NCBI GenBank assembly: GCA_051294375.1 | Contig: CM119267.1 | Coordinates: forward strand, 2,801,631-2,865,630 | DNA from: Paraspadella gotoi | Taxonomy: Eukaryota; Animalia; Chaetognatha | Length of the DNA: 64,000 nucleotides | Reading direction: 5' to 3' | In this document: positions 42,380-53,910 of the stretch, piece by piece | Layout: every line of letters starts with the position of its first letter | How positions within the stretch are numbered: position 1 is the stretch's first letter | Notes under the pieces: model-generated | The model's input: only the letters and a program-made list of their open reading frames with translations | Database searches by the model: none | Told to the model about the DNA's origin: nothing | Program-made: the position numbers and the translations under genes

Positions 42380-42800
42380 GGAAGAGCGTAGGTAGTTCAT
42401 CAGAAGAAGAAAAAGGATATAAATTCTCAAGCGAAATCTTCATCTTGGCAATTCGAAGTTATTGTTTTATAATTTCGGGCCGCGAGATGACGTCATCTGC
42501 TTTGGGCCGAAAAACAAGAAAACAAGGCGAAATGAAGCGAACAAAAGATTGACGACGATTCGCTTCTATCTTTTTTCGATATTTAATTCAAAATCCGTAA
42601 TGAAAACATAAAAGCCAATTTTTTGGGTTTTTAATTTTTTGAAAAAACGGGGGGTTAACAAAATAATAGAGAAACCATAATTACTGCGAGACAGGCTCTC
42701 TCAGACCCATGGGCCGCCCGCCGACCCGTGATTGTTCAAAACTTATTGAAAACTGAAAATATAAAATAAAAAAGAGATAAAAAAAAAGAAATAATATAGG

Positions 42801-42880
<80 letters not shown>

Positions 42881-43459
42881 AAGAGAGAGAGCGGAGAAGA
42901 CAGGGAGCGGAACATGCAACAAACAAAAAAGAAGATCCTTTTTTTTTTTTTTTTGATGGGTGCCAAATCAAAAATTCCAAAGCAATGATCAGGTTTTGAT
43001 CTCCCTTTGAAAAACGTCATTATGTTTCGGCTCCGATCGAGGTGTTTGAAGGATTAAAGGCCACATCGCCTGGGCCGACGACTCTCGCCATCTTTCCCTC
43101 TCTCTCTATCTCTCCAGCCTACTCCCCTAAACCTCCGCGTCTTTCGATCCTCCGCGTTTTGTCCTTCAATTCCAAGATTTTTATCGAAAATTTAACCCGC
43201 TAATATAAATGATTTTACCAAATGTCTTAACAATAAAATAACTCCTTTAGTCGCCTTCAGCCTTACAATTTCTTTTAAGATTTTTATTTAATAGTTTTTT
43301 TTAAATATTTTTAAAAACCCATCTCGCCACCGTCTTTAACCTCTTTCCTTTCCGTCGCGCTGCCTCCCTTATTCCTCAACTCCACAGACCCCCTTTCAAT
43401 CCTGCTTCCCCCCCTCTCCGTCGCCGTCGAATCGATGAACGTCACCATTTTCGCTCCTT

Positions 43460-44180
43460 TTTTTATTACTTTCTTTTTCTTTGTCTGTCTCTTTGTCTTC
43501 TTTCTTTTCTTGTCTCCTTCTTGGTCTTCTTTCTTATTCTTGTCTCCTTCTTCTTCCAGTCTTCTTTTTTTATTCTTTGTCTCCTTCTTCTCATTCTCCT
43601 TTTCTTTGTCCCTCCTTCTTCCGTCTTCTTTTTTATTCTTTTGTCTCTTCTTCGTCTTCTTCTTAATTCTTTTTGTGTCTCCTTTCTTCATCTTCTTTCC
43701 TTTTTCTTTGGGTCTCCTTCTTCGTCCTTCTTATTCTTTGTTCTCTTCTTTCATTGCTTCTTTCTATTCTTGTCTTCCTTCTTTGTCTTCTTTCTTTTTC
43801 TTTGTCTCCTTCTTTTCGTTTCTTTTTTATTCTTTTGTCTCCTCTTCTTACAGTCTTCTTCCTTTTCCTTTGTCCTCCTTCGTTCATATCTTCTTTCTTT
43901 TTCTTTGTCATCCTGTCTTCGTCTTCTTTCCTTTTCTTTGTCTTCCCCTTCTTTGTCTTCTTTCTTTTTTCTTTTTGTCTCCCTTCTTTTTCGTCTTCTC
44001 TTCTTTCTTTCTTTGTCCCTCCTTCTTCGTCTTCTCCCCTTTTTCCCCCTCTTTTCTTTGTCTCCGTTCTTTTTCGTCTTCTTCTTTTTTCTTGTCCTTC
44101 CTTCTTCGTGCTTCTTCTTTCTTAATTCTTCATCTGTTTCTTATTCTTTGATTCGACTCTTGTCATTTCTTCTCTTTTTC
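43460..44180 (+). repeat. Low-complexity CT-rich degenerate repeat (TTTGTCTCCTTCTTC-like units)
   Basis: This tract explains the F/S/L-rich spurious ORFs here. A shorter counterpart lies at about 49295-49520. Confidence 0.8.
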
Positions 44181-45545
44181 TCCTCTCGCCCATCGGTCTC
44201 AGTTTTCACCTCCTGATCAACCCTCTTGACAAAACACGCTTTTTCTTCCTCCTCTTTCCCTCACCTTTTTAGAATTTATTAAACTTACATCCTCAGTCCC
44301 AATCCCAGATCCCCACCCATAACCCCATCGCCCACCACTTTATAAAAACACGATCAACCATCGACACCCCACCCATCGATCGAAAAAGAGAAAAAAAAAC
44401 CTGCAGAACGAGACTCTCTCTCTCTTCTCTCTCTCCCTTCCATCNNNNNNNNNNNNNNNNNNNNNNNNNCCCGGTGAGAGAGTGAGAGAGAGAGATATTC
44501 TGTCCAAAAGGCGCCTTCGATGCTTCGACGAGGCGATTGGGAAGTCGAGTCACGTGACCTGAGGCGTCGAGTCACGTGAATTGAGATCAAAGTCAAAAAT
44601 CGAATTCGAAATTTTCGCCGGAAGCGACGATTAACCCTCGCGATCTCATGGGGGAGCCTCCGACCACTGGAGGGGGGGGGGCTCTAGGTAGTCGCCCACT
44701 TCCCCCTGGGCCTCCCTTCTGCCTCTCACCCTTAAGACTTTCCCTTCCCTTCCTTTCGCGCTTTCTCCTTCATTATTTCACTTTCGGAAATTAATTTTAA
44801 AAAATTATTAAAATTTTTTTTTTTCTCTATCGCCTGTAATATAATTCCAAGTTAAATATACTATCTATTAATTGTTTTACCCTTTTATTTTATTACACTT
44901 TTTTTTATTTTTGATAAAAAATAAAAAACAATGTAGCACTACCACCGTCGTATAAAAAACAACGCAACTCTTACAACAATTAAAACTCGACATCCCGTTG
45001 TCCTCCCTTATTCTCACTTGTTTTTTAGATTCACNNNNNNNNNNNNNNNNNNNNNNNNNNNNNNNNNNNNNNNNNNNNNNNNNNNNNNNNNNNNNNNNNN
45101 NNNNNNNNNNNNNNNNNNNNNNNNNNNNNNNNNNNNNNNNNNNNNNNNNNNNNNNNNNNNNNNNNNNNNNNNNNNNNNNNNNNNNNNNNNNNNNNNNNNN
45201 NNNNNNNNNNNNNNNNNNNNNNNNNNNNNNNNNNNNNNNNNNNNNNNNNNNNNNNNNNNNNNNNNNNNNNNNNNNNNNNNNNNNNNNNNNNNNNNNNNNN
45301 NNNNNNNNNNNNNNNNNNNNNNNNNNNNNNNNNNNNNCGTCGTCGTCGTCGTCGTCCATGTTGTTGTTTGGCACGTGACGGTCGGTGGTCATGGCGTGAT
45401 GATCTCCTAACCCGGGGATCGATCCCCTGACCGGAAGTCGTTAGACTTCGTCGTTTTTTCTTTTATTTGTCGACACTTCCGTTATTAACGGGCTCGACTG
45501 TATACTTCCGTCCGCATTTGAATAACGCTTGCTCTTCTGCTCTCT

Positions 45546-45599
<54 letters not shown>

Positions 45600-46037
45600 G
45601 GTCTCTCTCTCTCTCTTCTCTCCTCTCTTCTTCTCTCTCTCCTCTCTCTCTCTGCTCTGCTCTCTTCTCTCTCGCTCTCTCTCACGATCGAGGGGATCGA
45701 TTTCGAATCGATTGCAATTTTTCTTGTCGTTTGCGAAATTCGAACTGAAAAAACAATTAAAACTTTCTTCCGTTCGCCTTTCCTTTCGCCGTTTACTTCG
45801 CCTTTTACTTCCGCCTTTACTTCGCCATTCCTTCGCCTTTTTCTTTCGCTCTTTACTTCGCCTTTACTTCGCCCTTTAAACCTCCACCCTTAAGCGCTTC
45901 CAAAAGAAAACAACTTGGACGCCCGGCGAAACCCTTTGGGCGCCTCAGACATATCGTTGCCCGCTTTGCTACGGCCTATTTTAGTCCCGCCCCCGTCGAC
46001 GCTTTTTCTCTCCTATGTCCCAGACCTTCTCTCCTCT

Positions 46038-46074
<37 letters not shown>

Positions 46075-48656
46075 CCCCCTCTCTCTCCTCTCCTTCTCTC
46101 TCTCCCTTCTCCCCGGCGTTCATGTTCATTTTCCATCGAACGAGGATATAGATTCAGAACTTGTTTTAGTTTTTTTATTTCCCCTTTTTTTTACTTTCCT
46201 TAAATCTAAACCTTTTTTTTATTGCCATCGGCGTTGGCTTTCGAAAATTATTGCATGTGCGACGCTTCTGATGGGCGAATGTATTTTGTTTTTCGTTGGA
46301 GTAACAGCAGAATGACTCCCAGTTGTGGCTGATAGGAAGAAGAAAGAACATCCGGAGTCGTCTTGTGCCCTTCTTTCGATTTTATTTCTTCTGATTTCCT
46401 GTTTTCACTCTCTCTCTCTCTCTCTTCTTTCTCTCTCTTCCGTCTTTATCCTCGCTTTGGATGATCAAAGTTTTTCTCTTTCTCAACGATATCTCATCCC
46501 CATTGGCCACTCGCCCTCTCTCACCCTAACCCCACCGGCCTCAACCCCCGCTCGATCCGGGCGAAAAAACCCTGGTCAAATCATTCGAGTGTTTTTTTCT
46601 TTTTTCCTGTAAAATCGTGATTATCCAATTCATTTAGTTCACTTTGTGTTGTATAGCCCGAAAATCTTCGCAGTTTTTTGTTTTCCTCCCTCCGTAGCGA
46701 CTAACTCTTGAGCGCAGACTCGATTGACATGACAGAAGATGTTGATGGGCTGCGACGAACATCATTTCTCCTTGTCTCCGGCTAAGCTGAATGCGAGGCG
46801 TCGTGGGCCGAGGCGGTTTGGGGTACAGCTTGGCTGGCTGTTGGGCCTCTGCTGGGCCTGGTCTTAGAACATCGTTATCCATATTGTCTCGGTGAGCTCT
46901 TCTAACGGAGTTAATTTTCGTTAGCTCAATGTCTTCCCCACAGCGCGCCCATTTCCTAGGTGTACTCATTGTTTCTTTTCTCGTATATGGGGAAGTCTTA
47001 ACTTGGTGTCGGTGTCTTATGTCAATCTTAACTACCTAATCCGTCAACCGCTGAACTTGATCTTATATATTAATACTTAATTGTAACCTGAGACCTGTCT
47101 AGCCGTATTTTCTTAACCTACGTCAGCCTTCATCACTACCAGTCGGTCTTCTTAACACTATCCATGATTCCTGTAGCATTCGACTAGTGCGTATCATCTA
47201 TTCCAGACTGTTAACTCCTTTAACCTTAATTCTATGAGTGGTAACGTGTGTGGCCCGCGTGTTCTGGGGAATATATTCACATGGTGGCTTCTGTATCGTT
47301 GTATGCGGTACCGCAGAACAGGAAATATATAATTCTCAAGCGATTTCATCTGGCAATTCCCCGTGTAATAAGTTCTTTTGTTTTATAATTTCGGCCGCGA
47401 ACGATGACGTCATCTGCTTTGGCCGGAAAAAAAAAAAGTTATCAGGCGAAATGATAGCGAACCAAAGATTGACGTACTGATTCTCGCTGTCTATCTTTTT
47501 TGATATTTATTCAAATCCGTAATGGAAAACTATAAAAGCCATTTGTTTTTACTTTTGCGGTTTAAACAAATAATAGAGAAACCATAATTACTCGACGCTC
47601 TGCTCCCCATTGGCCCTACCTGCGATCCGTTGATTGTTTCCAAACTTAGTTGAAAACTGAAAATATAAAAAATAAAAAAGATTTTAAAAAAAAGAGAAAT
47701 ATTAGGGAAGAGAGCAGAGAGAGAGATGAGATGAGAAGAGAGAGAGAGAGGATGAGATGAGATGAGCGTGATAGAGGAGTAGAGAGAGAGCGAGAGGACA
47801 CGGCGAGCGAAATCAACAACAAAAAGAGATCCCTTTTTTTTTTTAGTCGGATCTGCTTATCAGCATGATCCGACTCGTTAACTCACTTTTTGTATAATCA
47901 CTTTTTCGGTTCCGTCGGTTCCGCCCCCTCAAAATATTGTCGGGCACACACTTTATCATGTAGAAACATAATCTCTCTCTTNNNNNNNNNNNNNNNNNNN
48001 NNNNNNCTAATTTTTAACCATAACCCTCAGCCTTATACCCTCGTCTCTAACCCTTATCCATAACCTTAATCACTAGCCTAATCTCCAACTTAATCCTTTA
48101 ATTTAATTTAAGATTAAATGTGGCGTTCTGGGAAAATAAGGCTAGGGTCATCGAGAGAAAAGGATATAAATTCTCAAGCGATCTTCATCTTGGCAATTCG
48201 AAAGTTCTTTTGTTTTATAATTTCGGCCGCGAACGATGACGTCATCTGCTTTGGCCGAAAAAAAAAGAAAACAAGGCGAAATGAAAGCGAACAAAAGATT
48301 GACGACGATTCCGCTTCTATCTTTTTGATATTTATTCAAAATCCGTAATGAAAACATAAAGCCAATTTGTTTTTACTTTGGACGGTTAAACAAAATAATA
48401 GAGAACCATAAATTACTCGACGCTCTCTCCCCATTGGCCCCACGCCGACCGTGATTGTTCAAACTTATTGAAAACTGAAAATAATAAAAATTAGATTTTA
48501 AAAAAAAGAGAAATATTAGGGAAGAGAGCAGAGAGAGAGATGAGATGAGAAGAGAGAGAGAGAGGATGAGATGAGATGAGCGTGATAGAGGAGTAGAGAG
48601 AGAGCGAGAGGACACGGCGAGCGAAATCAACAACAAAAAGAGATCCCTTTTTTTTT

Positions 48657-48790
48657 TTAGTCGGATCTGCTTATCAGCATGATCCGACTCGTTAACTCAC
48701 TTTTTGTATAATCACTTTTTCGGTTCCGTCGGTTCCGCCCCCTCAAAATATTGTCGGGCACACACTTTATCATGTAGAAACATAATCTCT
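48657..48790 (-). mobile_element. Family C terminal fragment in Tbx2/3 intron 2 (identical artefactual copy at about 47843-47976)
   Basis: TTAGTCGGATCTGCTTATCAGCATGATCCGACTC...CCGCCCCCTCAAAATATTGTCGGGCA is the reverse complement of about 62260-62368. It sits in a poly-T tract and runs into an N gap. Confidence 0.7.
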
Positions 48791-49745
48791 CTCTTNNNNN
48801 NNNNNNNNNNNNNNNNNNNNTTTTTTTTTTTTGATGGGTGCATCAAAATTCAAAGCCAATGAATCAGGTTTTGATCTCCTTTGAAAACGTCATTATGTTC
48901 GGCTCCCGATCGAGGTGCTTGAAGGTTAAAGGCCACATCGCCTGGGCTGACGACTCTCCATCTTTCTCTCTCTCTATCTCTCCACCTACTCCCCCCCTAA
49001 CCCCCCCCTCTTTCGATCCTCCGCGTTTGTCCTTCATTCAAGATTTTTATCGAATTTACCGCTAATATAATATTTAATCAAATGTCTTAACAATGAAAAT
49101 ATCTTTAGTCGCCTTCAACTTACAATTATCTTTTAAGAGTTTTATTAAGTATGTATTTAAATATTTTTAAAACCACCTTTCGCCACCGTCTTTACCTCTT
49201 TCCTTTCGTCACGGCCCCCTTTCTCCTCACTACACAACGCCCCCTTCAATCCTCCCCCTTCCGTCGCCGTCGAATCGATGAACGTCACCACTTTCGTCTT
49301 TTTATTCTTTCTTTTTCTTTGTCTCCTTCTTCTTCGTCTTCTTTTTTAATCTTTGTCTCCTTCTTCGTCTTCTTCCTTTTTCTTTGTCTCCTTCTTCCTC
49401 TTCTTTCTTTTCATTGTCTCTCTTCTTCGTCTTCTTCTTTTTGTGCTTTCTTGTTCTTCTTCTATTCTTCATCTTGTTTCTTATTCTTTGTTCGGACTCT
49501 TGTCATCTATCTCTTTTTTTCTCGCCTCGGATCTCAGTTTCACCCGACAACCTCTTGACCGCTTATTGCTCTTTCCCCTCACCTTTTAGATTTACTTACC
49601 ATCCCAGGTATCCCCAATCCCCAGTCCCCACCCCAATAAACCCATCCCCAACTTTAAAAACGATCATCCATCGACACCCATCGATCGAAAAAAAAAAAAA
49701 ACTGCCAGACGAGACTCTCTCTCTCTCTCTCTCGTCTCTCCTCTT

Positions 49746-49814
<69 letters not shown>

Positions 49815-50032
49815 TCTTTCTCTCTTCTCCCCACACAAAAAAAAAGAGAGACGAAACGAGGGGATTTAAAGCGAAATAATTTAACACAGTCTCATCCTCA
49901 TGAAAGTTTTTTTTGCGTCTATAATGTGGATCTCGTCACCTGACGACCGAAGGGTCTTTAATTGCTCTTTTCCCCTCATGTCCGCCTGCCTATTCTAATT
50001 TTTCATCCGAGCTCGTGTACCGGGAATTAAAA

Positions 50033-50111
<79 letters not shown>

Positions 50112-50166
50112 CTCTCATCTCTCTCTCTCTCTCTCAATTTTATTTTCTGATTCTGGTATTTTTTAA

Positions 50167-50507
50167 ATTGTAAATTTGTTTTATTTTTTTTTCGGATTTT
50201 CATACCAGAGTTCAATTTTTGTTAAGAATTTTGAGCTGTGGGCTTCAAAGACTGCCGTCTTCCTCTGAGCAGCAAAGACACTAGAGTTTTTTTTAGGATG
50301 GACAATGTCCATTGGACATATGATTTTTAATTTGACCTCATCAGTCAAACTTTGATCAAAGAAAAGATTCCCTGATGAGGTCAAATTAAAAATCATATCC
50401 TTCAGAGGAAGACAGAAGTCTTTGAAGCGCGCACAGCTCATAATTCTTAACAAAAAATTGAACTCTGGTATGAAAAACCGAAAAAAGAAATACAACAAAT
50501 TTACAAT
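50167..50507. mobile_element. Foldback/palindromic element (long inverted repeat)
   Basis: Outer arms of about 100 bp (ATTGTAAATTTGTT...CATACCAGAGTTCAATTTTTGTTAAGAATT...TCTTCCTCTGA and its reverse complement). Inner arms ATATGATTTTTAATTTGACCTCATCAG / CTGATGAGGTCAAATTAAAAATCATAT. About 50 nt is unpaired in the left arm. Confidence 0.85.
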
Positions 50508-50654
50508 ATAATAATATTATTAATAATTAAATAAATCCATAAAGCCTTCGTTAAAGAATGAAAGACCGAGCAATTAATCCCACCCCCTTCCCTTTACCCT
50601 CTACCCCACTTTTTCCCTTCGCTCCCCCAAAACCTTTCCCCCTCCTTCAAGCAG

Positions 50655-51225
50655 ACCATCCTGAACTCGATGCACAAGTATCAGCCTCGTTTCCACATCG
50701 TCCGCGCCAACGACGTCCTCAAACTTCCGTGGAGCGCCTTCCGCACTTACGTCTTCAAGGAGACGGAGTTCATCGCCGTCACAGCGTATCAGAACGAGAA
50801 GATCACCCAGCTCAAGATCGACCACAATCCCTTCGCCAAGGGATTCCGCGACACGGGAAGCGGGAAACGCGAGAAGAAGCGTCAGATGCTGATCGGGAGT
50901 CAGACGGCGACGCCGCTGCCCCCGGCGCAGCAGGCGACTTCATCGGCTTCGCAGCAGCATCACGGATCGTCGTCGTCGTCGGGAGGTCATCACCCTCATC
51001 ATCCGCATCATCATCACCATCCTTTGCCAAAGCCGCATCCTCATCATCGACCAGCTCCGGGTGACGGCGCCGGCGGCGGCGGCGCCCCTTACCTTCCTGG
51101 CACCTCGAGATACCCGCCGTTCGGCGCTGCTTCGCCGAGGCCGCTGTCGCCGCAGCGGGGAGACGTGAGCGACGACAGCGACGACGAGAACGACATCTGC
51201 GTTGAAGAGAAAGATCAGGAGAAAG
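50655..51225 (+). CDS. tbx2: Tbx2/3 coding exon 3 (T-box C-terminal half plus His/Pro-rich linker)
   Basis: Acceptor ttcaagcag|ACC, then [77 protein letters not shown]. Donor AAAG|GTGAGC at 51226, phase 1. Confidence 0.96.
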
Positions 51226-51640
51226 GTGAGCCGGCCAATTTTGTTAATAGCATCAATTCAATATATTACTATTAATTATTTCCCTTTTGTGGCTAAATTT
51301 TGAGGTTAAATCGGGTCGGGGAAATTTACTCGTAATAGGTTTCTGTTTTGTATTTTTTTTATCACCTTTTTACGTTCAGGTCTTTTTTTTTATTTTCGAT
51401 TTTCGATTTTAAAGGGTTTACATAAGAGTTATACGGGTTGTCGTTTATGTCCAACACCAATTTCTTAGGTTTGGATACAACAAATAAATCTCTAATTATG
51501 AATATGCTGACTTGCCCTTCACTTTGGTCAGGTTCTGGTCGGTTAGACCCGACATCCCTCTTACAAAATAACCTAATAGGACCCTGCTATTCATTATAAC
51601 CGATAAATAACGATAAATAATAATTTTTTTTTCCTCCCAG

Positions 51641-52871
51641 AGAACGAAGAGATCGACATCATGCGAGTCAGCGAGACTCCGGCTCTGAATCTCCTCAAAC
51701 ACGAGGACGAATCCGAAACCAGCTCTCCTCCTCTTCCTCCTCCCCCACCTCCTCATCCTCTCAACTTCCGCGCCTTTCCCCGCCCCGGAGCGTCCTTTCC
51801 CGCCGCGCCGCCTTCGCCGCCCTTCTACCGACGCGACGCCGCCTTCCCCGGGCACAAGAGGCCCGCGTCGCCGGGATCCGAGCCGGGCGACCCCAAGCGG
51901 ACCAAAACGAGGGAAGACGAGTCTCCGCGCGCGGAATCTCCCGATCGAAAATCGTCGCCGGCGTCGTCGTCCAAATTGAGTCCGTCGAGTCCCGATTCTC
52001 CGACGATGGCGACGAATCCTTATTCGTATCTCTATTCTCACGGACTCTACGGCGCCAACGCGGGGCCTTTCGCGCTGAGCGGCCTGCTCGGCGCCGCTTC
52101 CGGAGCTCCCGCGGGCTCGGGGCCTTCCGTAGGGCCGGCCTTTCCCATGCCGGCGCCGCACGGAGCCTTCGGCGTCGCGTCGCCCCCGGGTCCGATCCCG
52201 AATTACCTCATCAGCGCTCAGATGGCGTTGGCCGGGCATTCGGCCGTCATTCAGAGCGCCTACGCGTCGGCGATGACGGCGGCGCTCGAGTCGCTGTCTT
52301 CGACGCCGTCTTCGTCGGCGGCGGCTGCAGTCTCTGACTCTATGGCGACGCCCTTATCGGGCTTGGCGGCCGCTAAGGCCAAGACCGCCTTCTCGCCCTA
52401 CGCTTCGCCGCCCTCGGCGCATTCCACGCCGATGACGATGACGACGACGCCGCCCAGCGCCTCTGCCATCCCAGGATCTCCCTCGGCGCCCCGAACGCCG
52501 ATCGCCAATACAGACTCGGCGCCATCGAGCCCTCAAGTGGGCGCGTCGGCCCACGACTCTCACCATCCCCCTTTTCACCACCATCACACCCTTCTACACC
52601 GCCCACCCCCGCCCTCTCATTCCTTCTCGCCTTCAGCGCTGCATCTCGCGGCAGCAGCGGCGGCGGCTACTCTTCGTCTGCCTCGTCTTCACCGCCGCTG
52701 ACCAGAGTCGGCGGTGGCGCCACCGCCAGCGAACTCCGCAGCATGGAGAGGATGGTCAATGGACTCGAGCGGCGGCAGGAGCAGCTCGCCACCGAAGCCC
52801 TCGCCGCCAAATTGACTCACGCGGCGGCGGCGGCGGCTGCGGCGCAACAGCATTCGAACGGAGACAAATGA
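51641..52871 (+). CDS. tbx2: Tbx2/3 coding exon 4 (C-terminal region; apparent 1-nt frameshift near 52670)
   Basis: Acceptor tttttcctcccag|AG, phase 1, joins in frame to ORF 51661-52701 (Pro/Ser/Ala-rich, AFSPY motif). The family motif ASELRSMERMVNGLERRQ...GDK* is in another frame and ends at TGA 52869-52871. As assembled, the protein is 904 aa (stop 52701); with one added base it is 961 aa. Confidence 0.85.
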
Positions 52872-53112
52872 AGCCGAGAATAGAAGCGACGCCAATTCTT
52901 GACGAGGAATTGGGCGTGGCCCATTGCAAGGCAAAAAAAAAGCCATTGAAGGCTTTTAAAAGATTTTATTTTGGCTCGGATGAGATAGCGACGGAGATTA
53001 AATTTAATAGCTTCTCTGACTCTCTCATGTGCTCTTGGGATTAATTAAATAATTGTTTATTAGGGAATTCTGAAAAATTCAGTACAGCAACTGTTTATCC
53101 GTGCATGAAAAC

Positions 53113-53118
53113 AATAAA
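53113..53118 (+). promoter_or_regulatory. Candidate polyadenylation signal of Tbx2/3
   Basis: AATAAA about 240 nt after the TGA at 52871, followed by a T-rich tract. AATAAA is common in this AT-rich DNA. Confidence 0.4.
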
Positions 53119-53589
53119 GCGTTATCACTTTTTCTATTTTTTTTTTTTTTTTTTATTAAAAACAGTCTTTCATTTCGTATCGTTGTCTTTTTGTAAAAGT
53201 TCGATTCGAACCTTCAGGTTTTCCATTTCATAATTTCCCGCCAGTTTACGTCGCCCGTCCTCGGAAAAAATATAACCTTAAGATCGACATCAAAAGTGAA
53301 GGAATAAAATACATTGACATTCTTAATTCTTATTTCTCTCTCTCTCTCCGTGTTCATAGAAATTATTTATTACTACTAGTCCCACATTTATGTCTTTCTT
53401 CTAACCTGTCAGTTTTGTAATCGTTCATTTTAGTCATGTCCGAATACAGTCTTGAATGCTCTAGTAAACGAATGTATTTTTTTGGGGGGCCTTTGTCAGG
53501 CAGGATAAAAACTAAGAAAATAGGGGCATGAAGAGACAGTAATTATTGTTATGTGTTAGTGACAGAACCGTTCAAGATAAGTAGTCCCT

Positions 53590-53910
53590 AGGCTTCGGAT
53601 CAGGCTGTAACACCGTGTTGCCTCGTCCCTCTTAACTGCTAGGCGACCACCGGGCTAGAACCCCGAATCCCGAACCTTTGGGTTGCGACTTGCGAGGCGA
53701 ATGACTTGCCTCCGGCACCAATGGCCGCTGATGAACGGTTGGTGGATTTTAGTCCACCATAGGCATTTACATCTCGATGAGGATCCTAATATTCGATGAG
53801 TATGAAGAGGCAGAATAATTTTTATGAGTGGGTAGGTGACAATGCCGTTCAATACAATCAGTCCATGAACTTAGGATCAGGCTGAAAAACACCATGCGGG
53901 TCAAGCAATT
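53590..53910 (+). mobile_element. Possible RTE-clade LINE 5'UTR-like or SINE remnant
   Basis: GC-richer island with hairpins (TGGTGGA-TTTTAG-TCCACCA; TTGCCTCG/CGAGGCGA), a GGTGGATTTTAGTC motif recalled from RTE 5'UTRs, and a repeated GGATCAGGCTG.AACACC.TG. No ORF support. Confidence 0.25.

Larger units (their letters stand above)
38900..49740 (+). repeat. Duplicated intron-2 segment (about 38900-44444 vs 44470-49740), with a third partial copy (about 47250-47981 vs 48110-48795); probable artefact or haplotype duplication
   Basis: Colinear anchors GATCTCATGGGG..GGCTCTAGGTAGTC, CCATGTTGTTGTTTGGCACGTGA, CCCATTGGCCACTCGCCCTC, GATGACGTCATCTGCTTTGG, CGTCGAATCGATGAACGTCACCA and ACGAGACTCTCTC. About 47695-47981 looks identical to about 48510-48795. 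Three 25-N gaps. Confidence 0.8.

Noticed and set aside
43311-44216. Long F/S/L-rich or K/R/E-rich ORFs (up to 238 aa)
   Set aside because: Translations of CT-rich low-complexity DNA that is open in several frames.
50370-50420. CTGATGAG as a hammerhead ribozyme core
   Set aside because: No stem II followed by GAAA; the motif is simply part of the inverted-repeat arm.
51496-52239. 247-aa minus-strand ORF, and similar ORFs over exon 1
   Set aside because: Antisense shadows of GC-rich Tbx2/3 coding exons.
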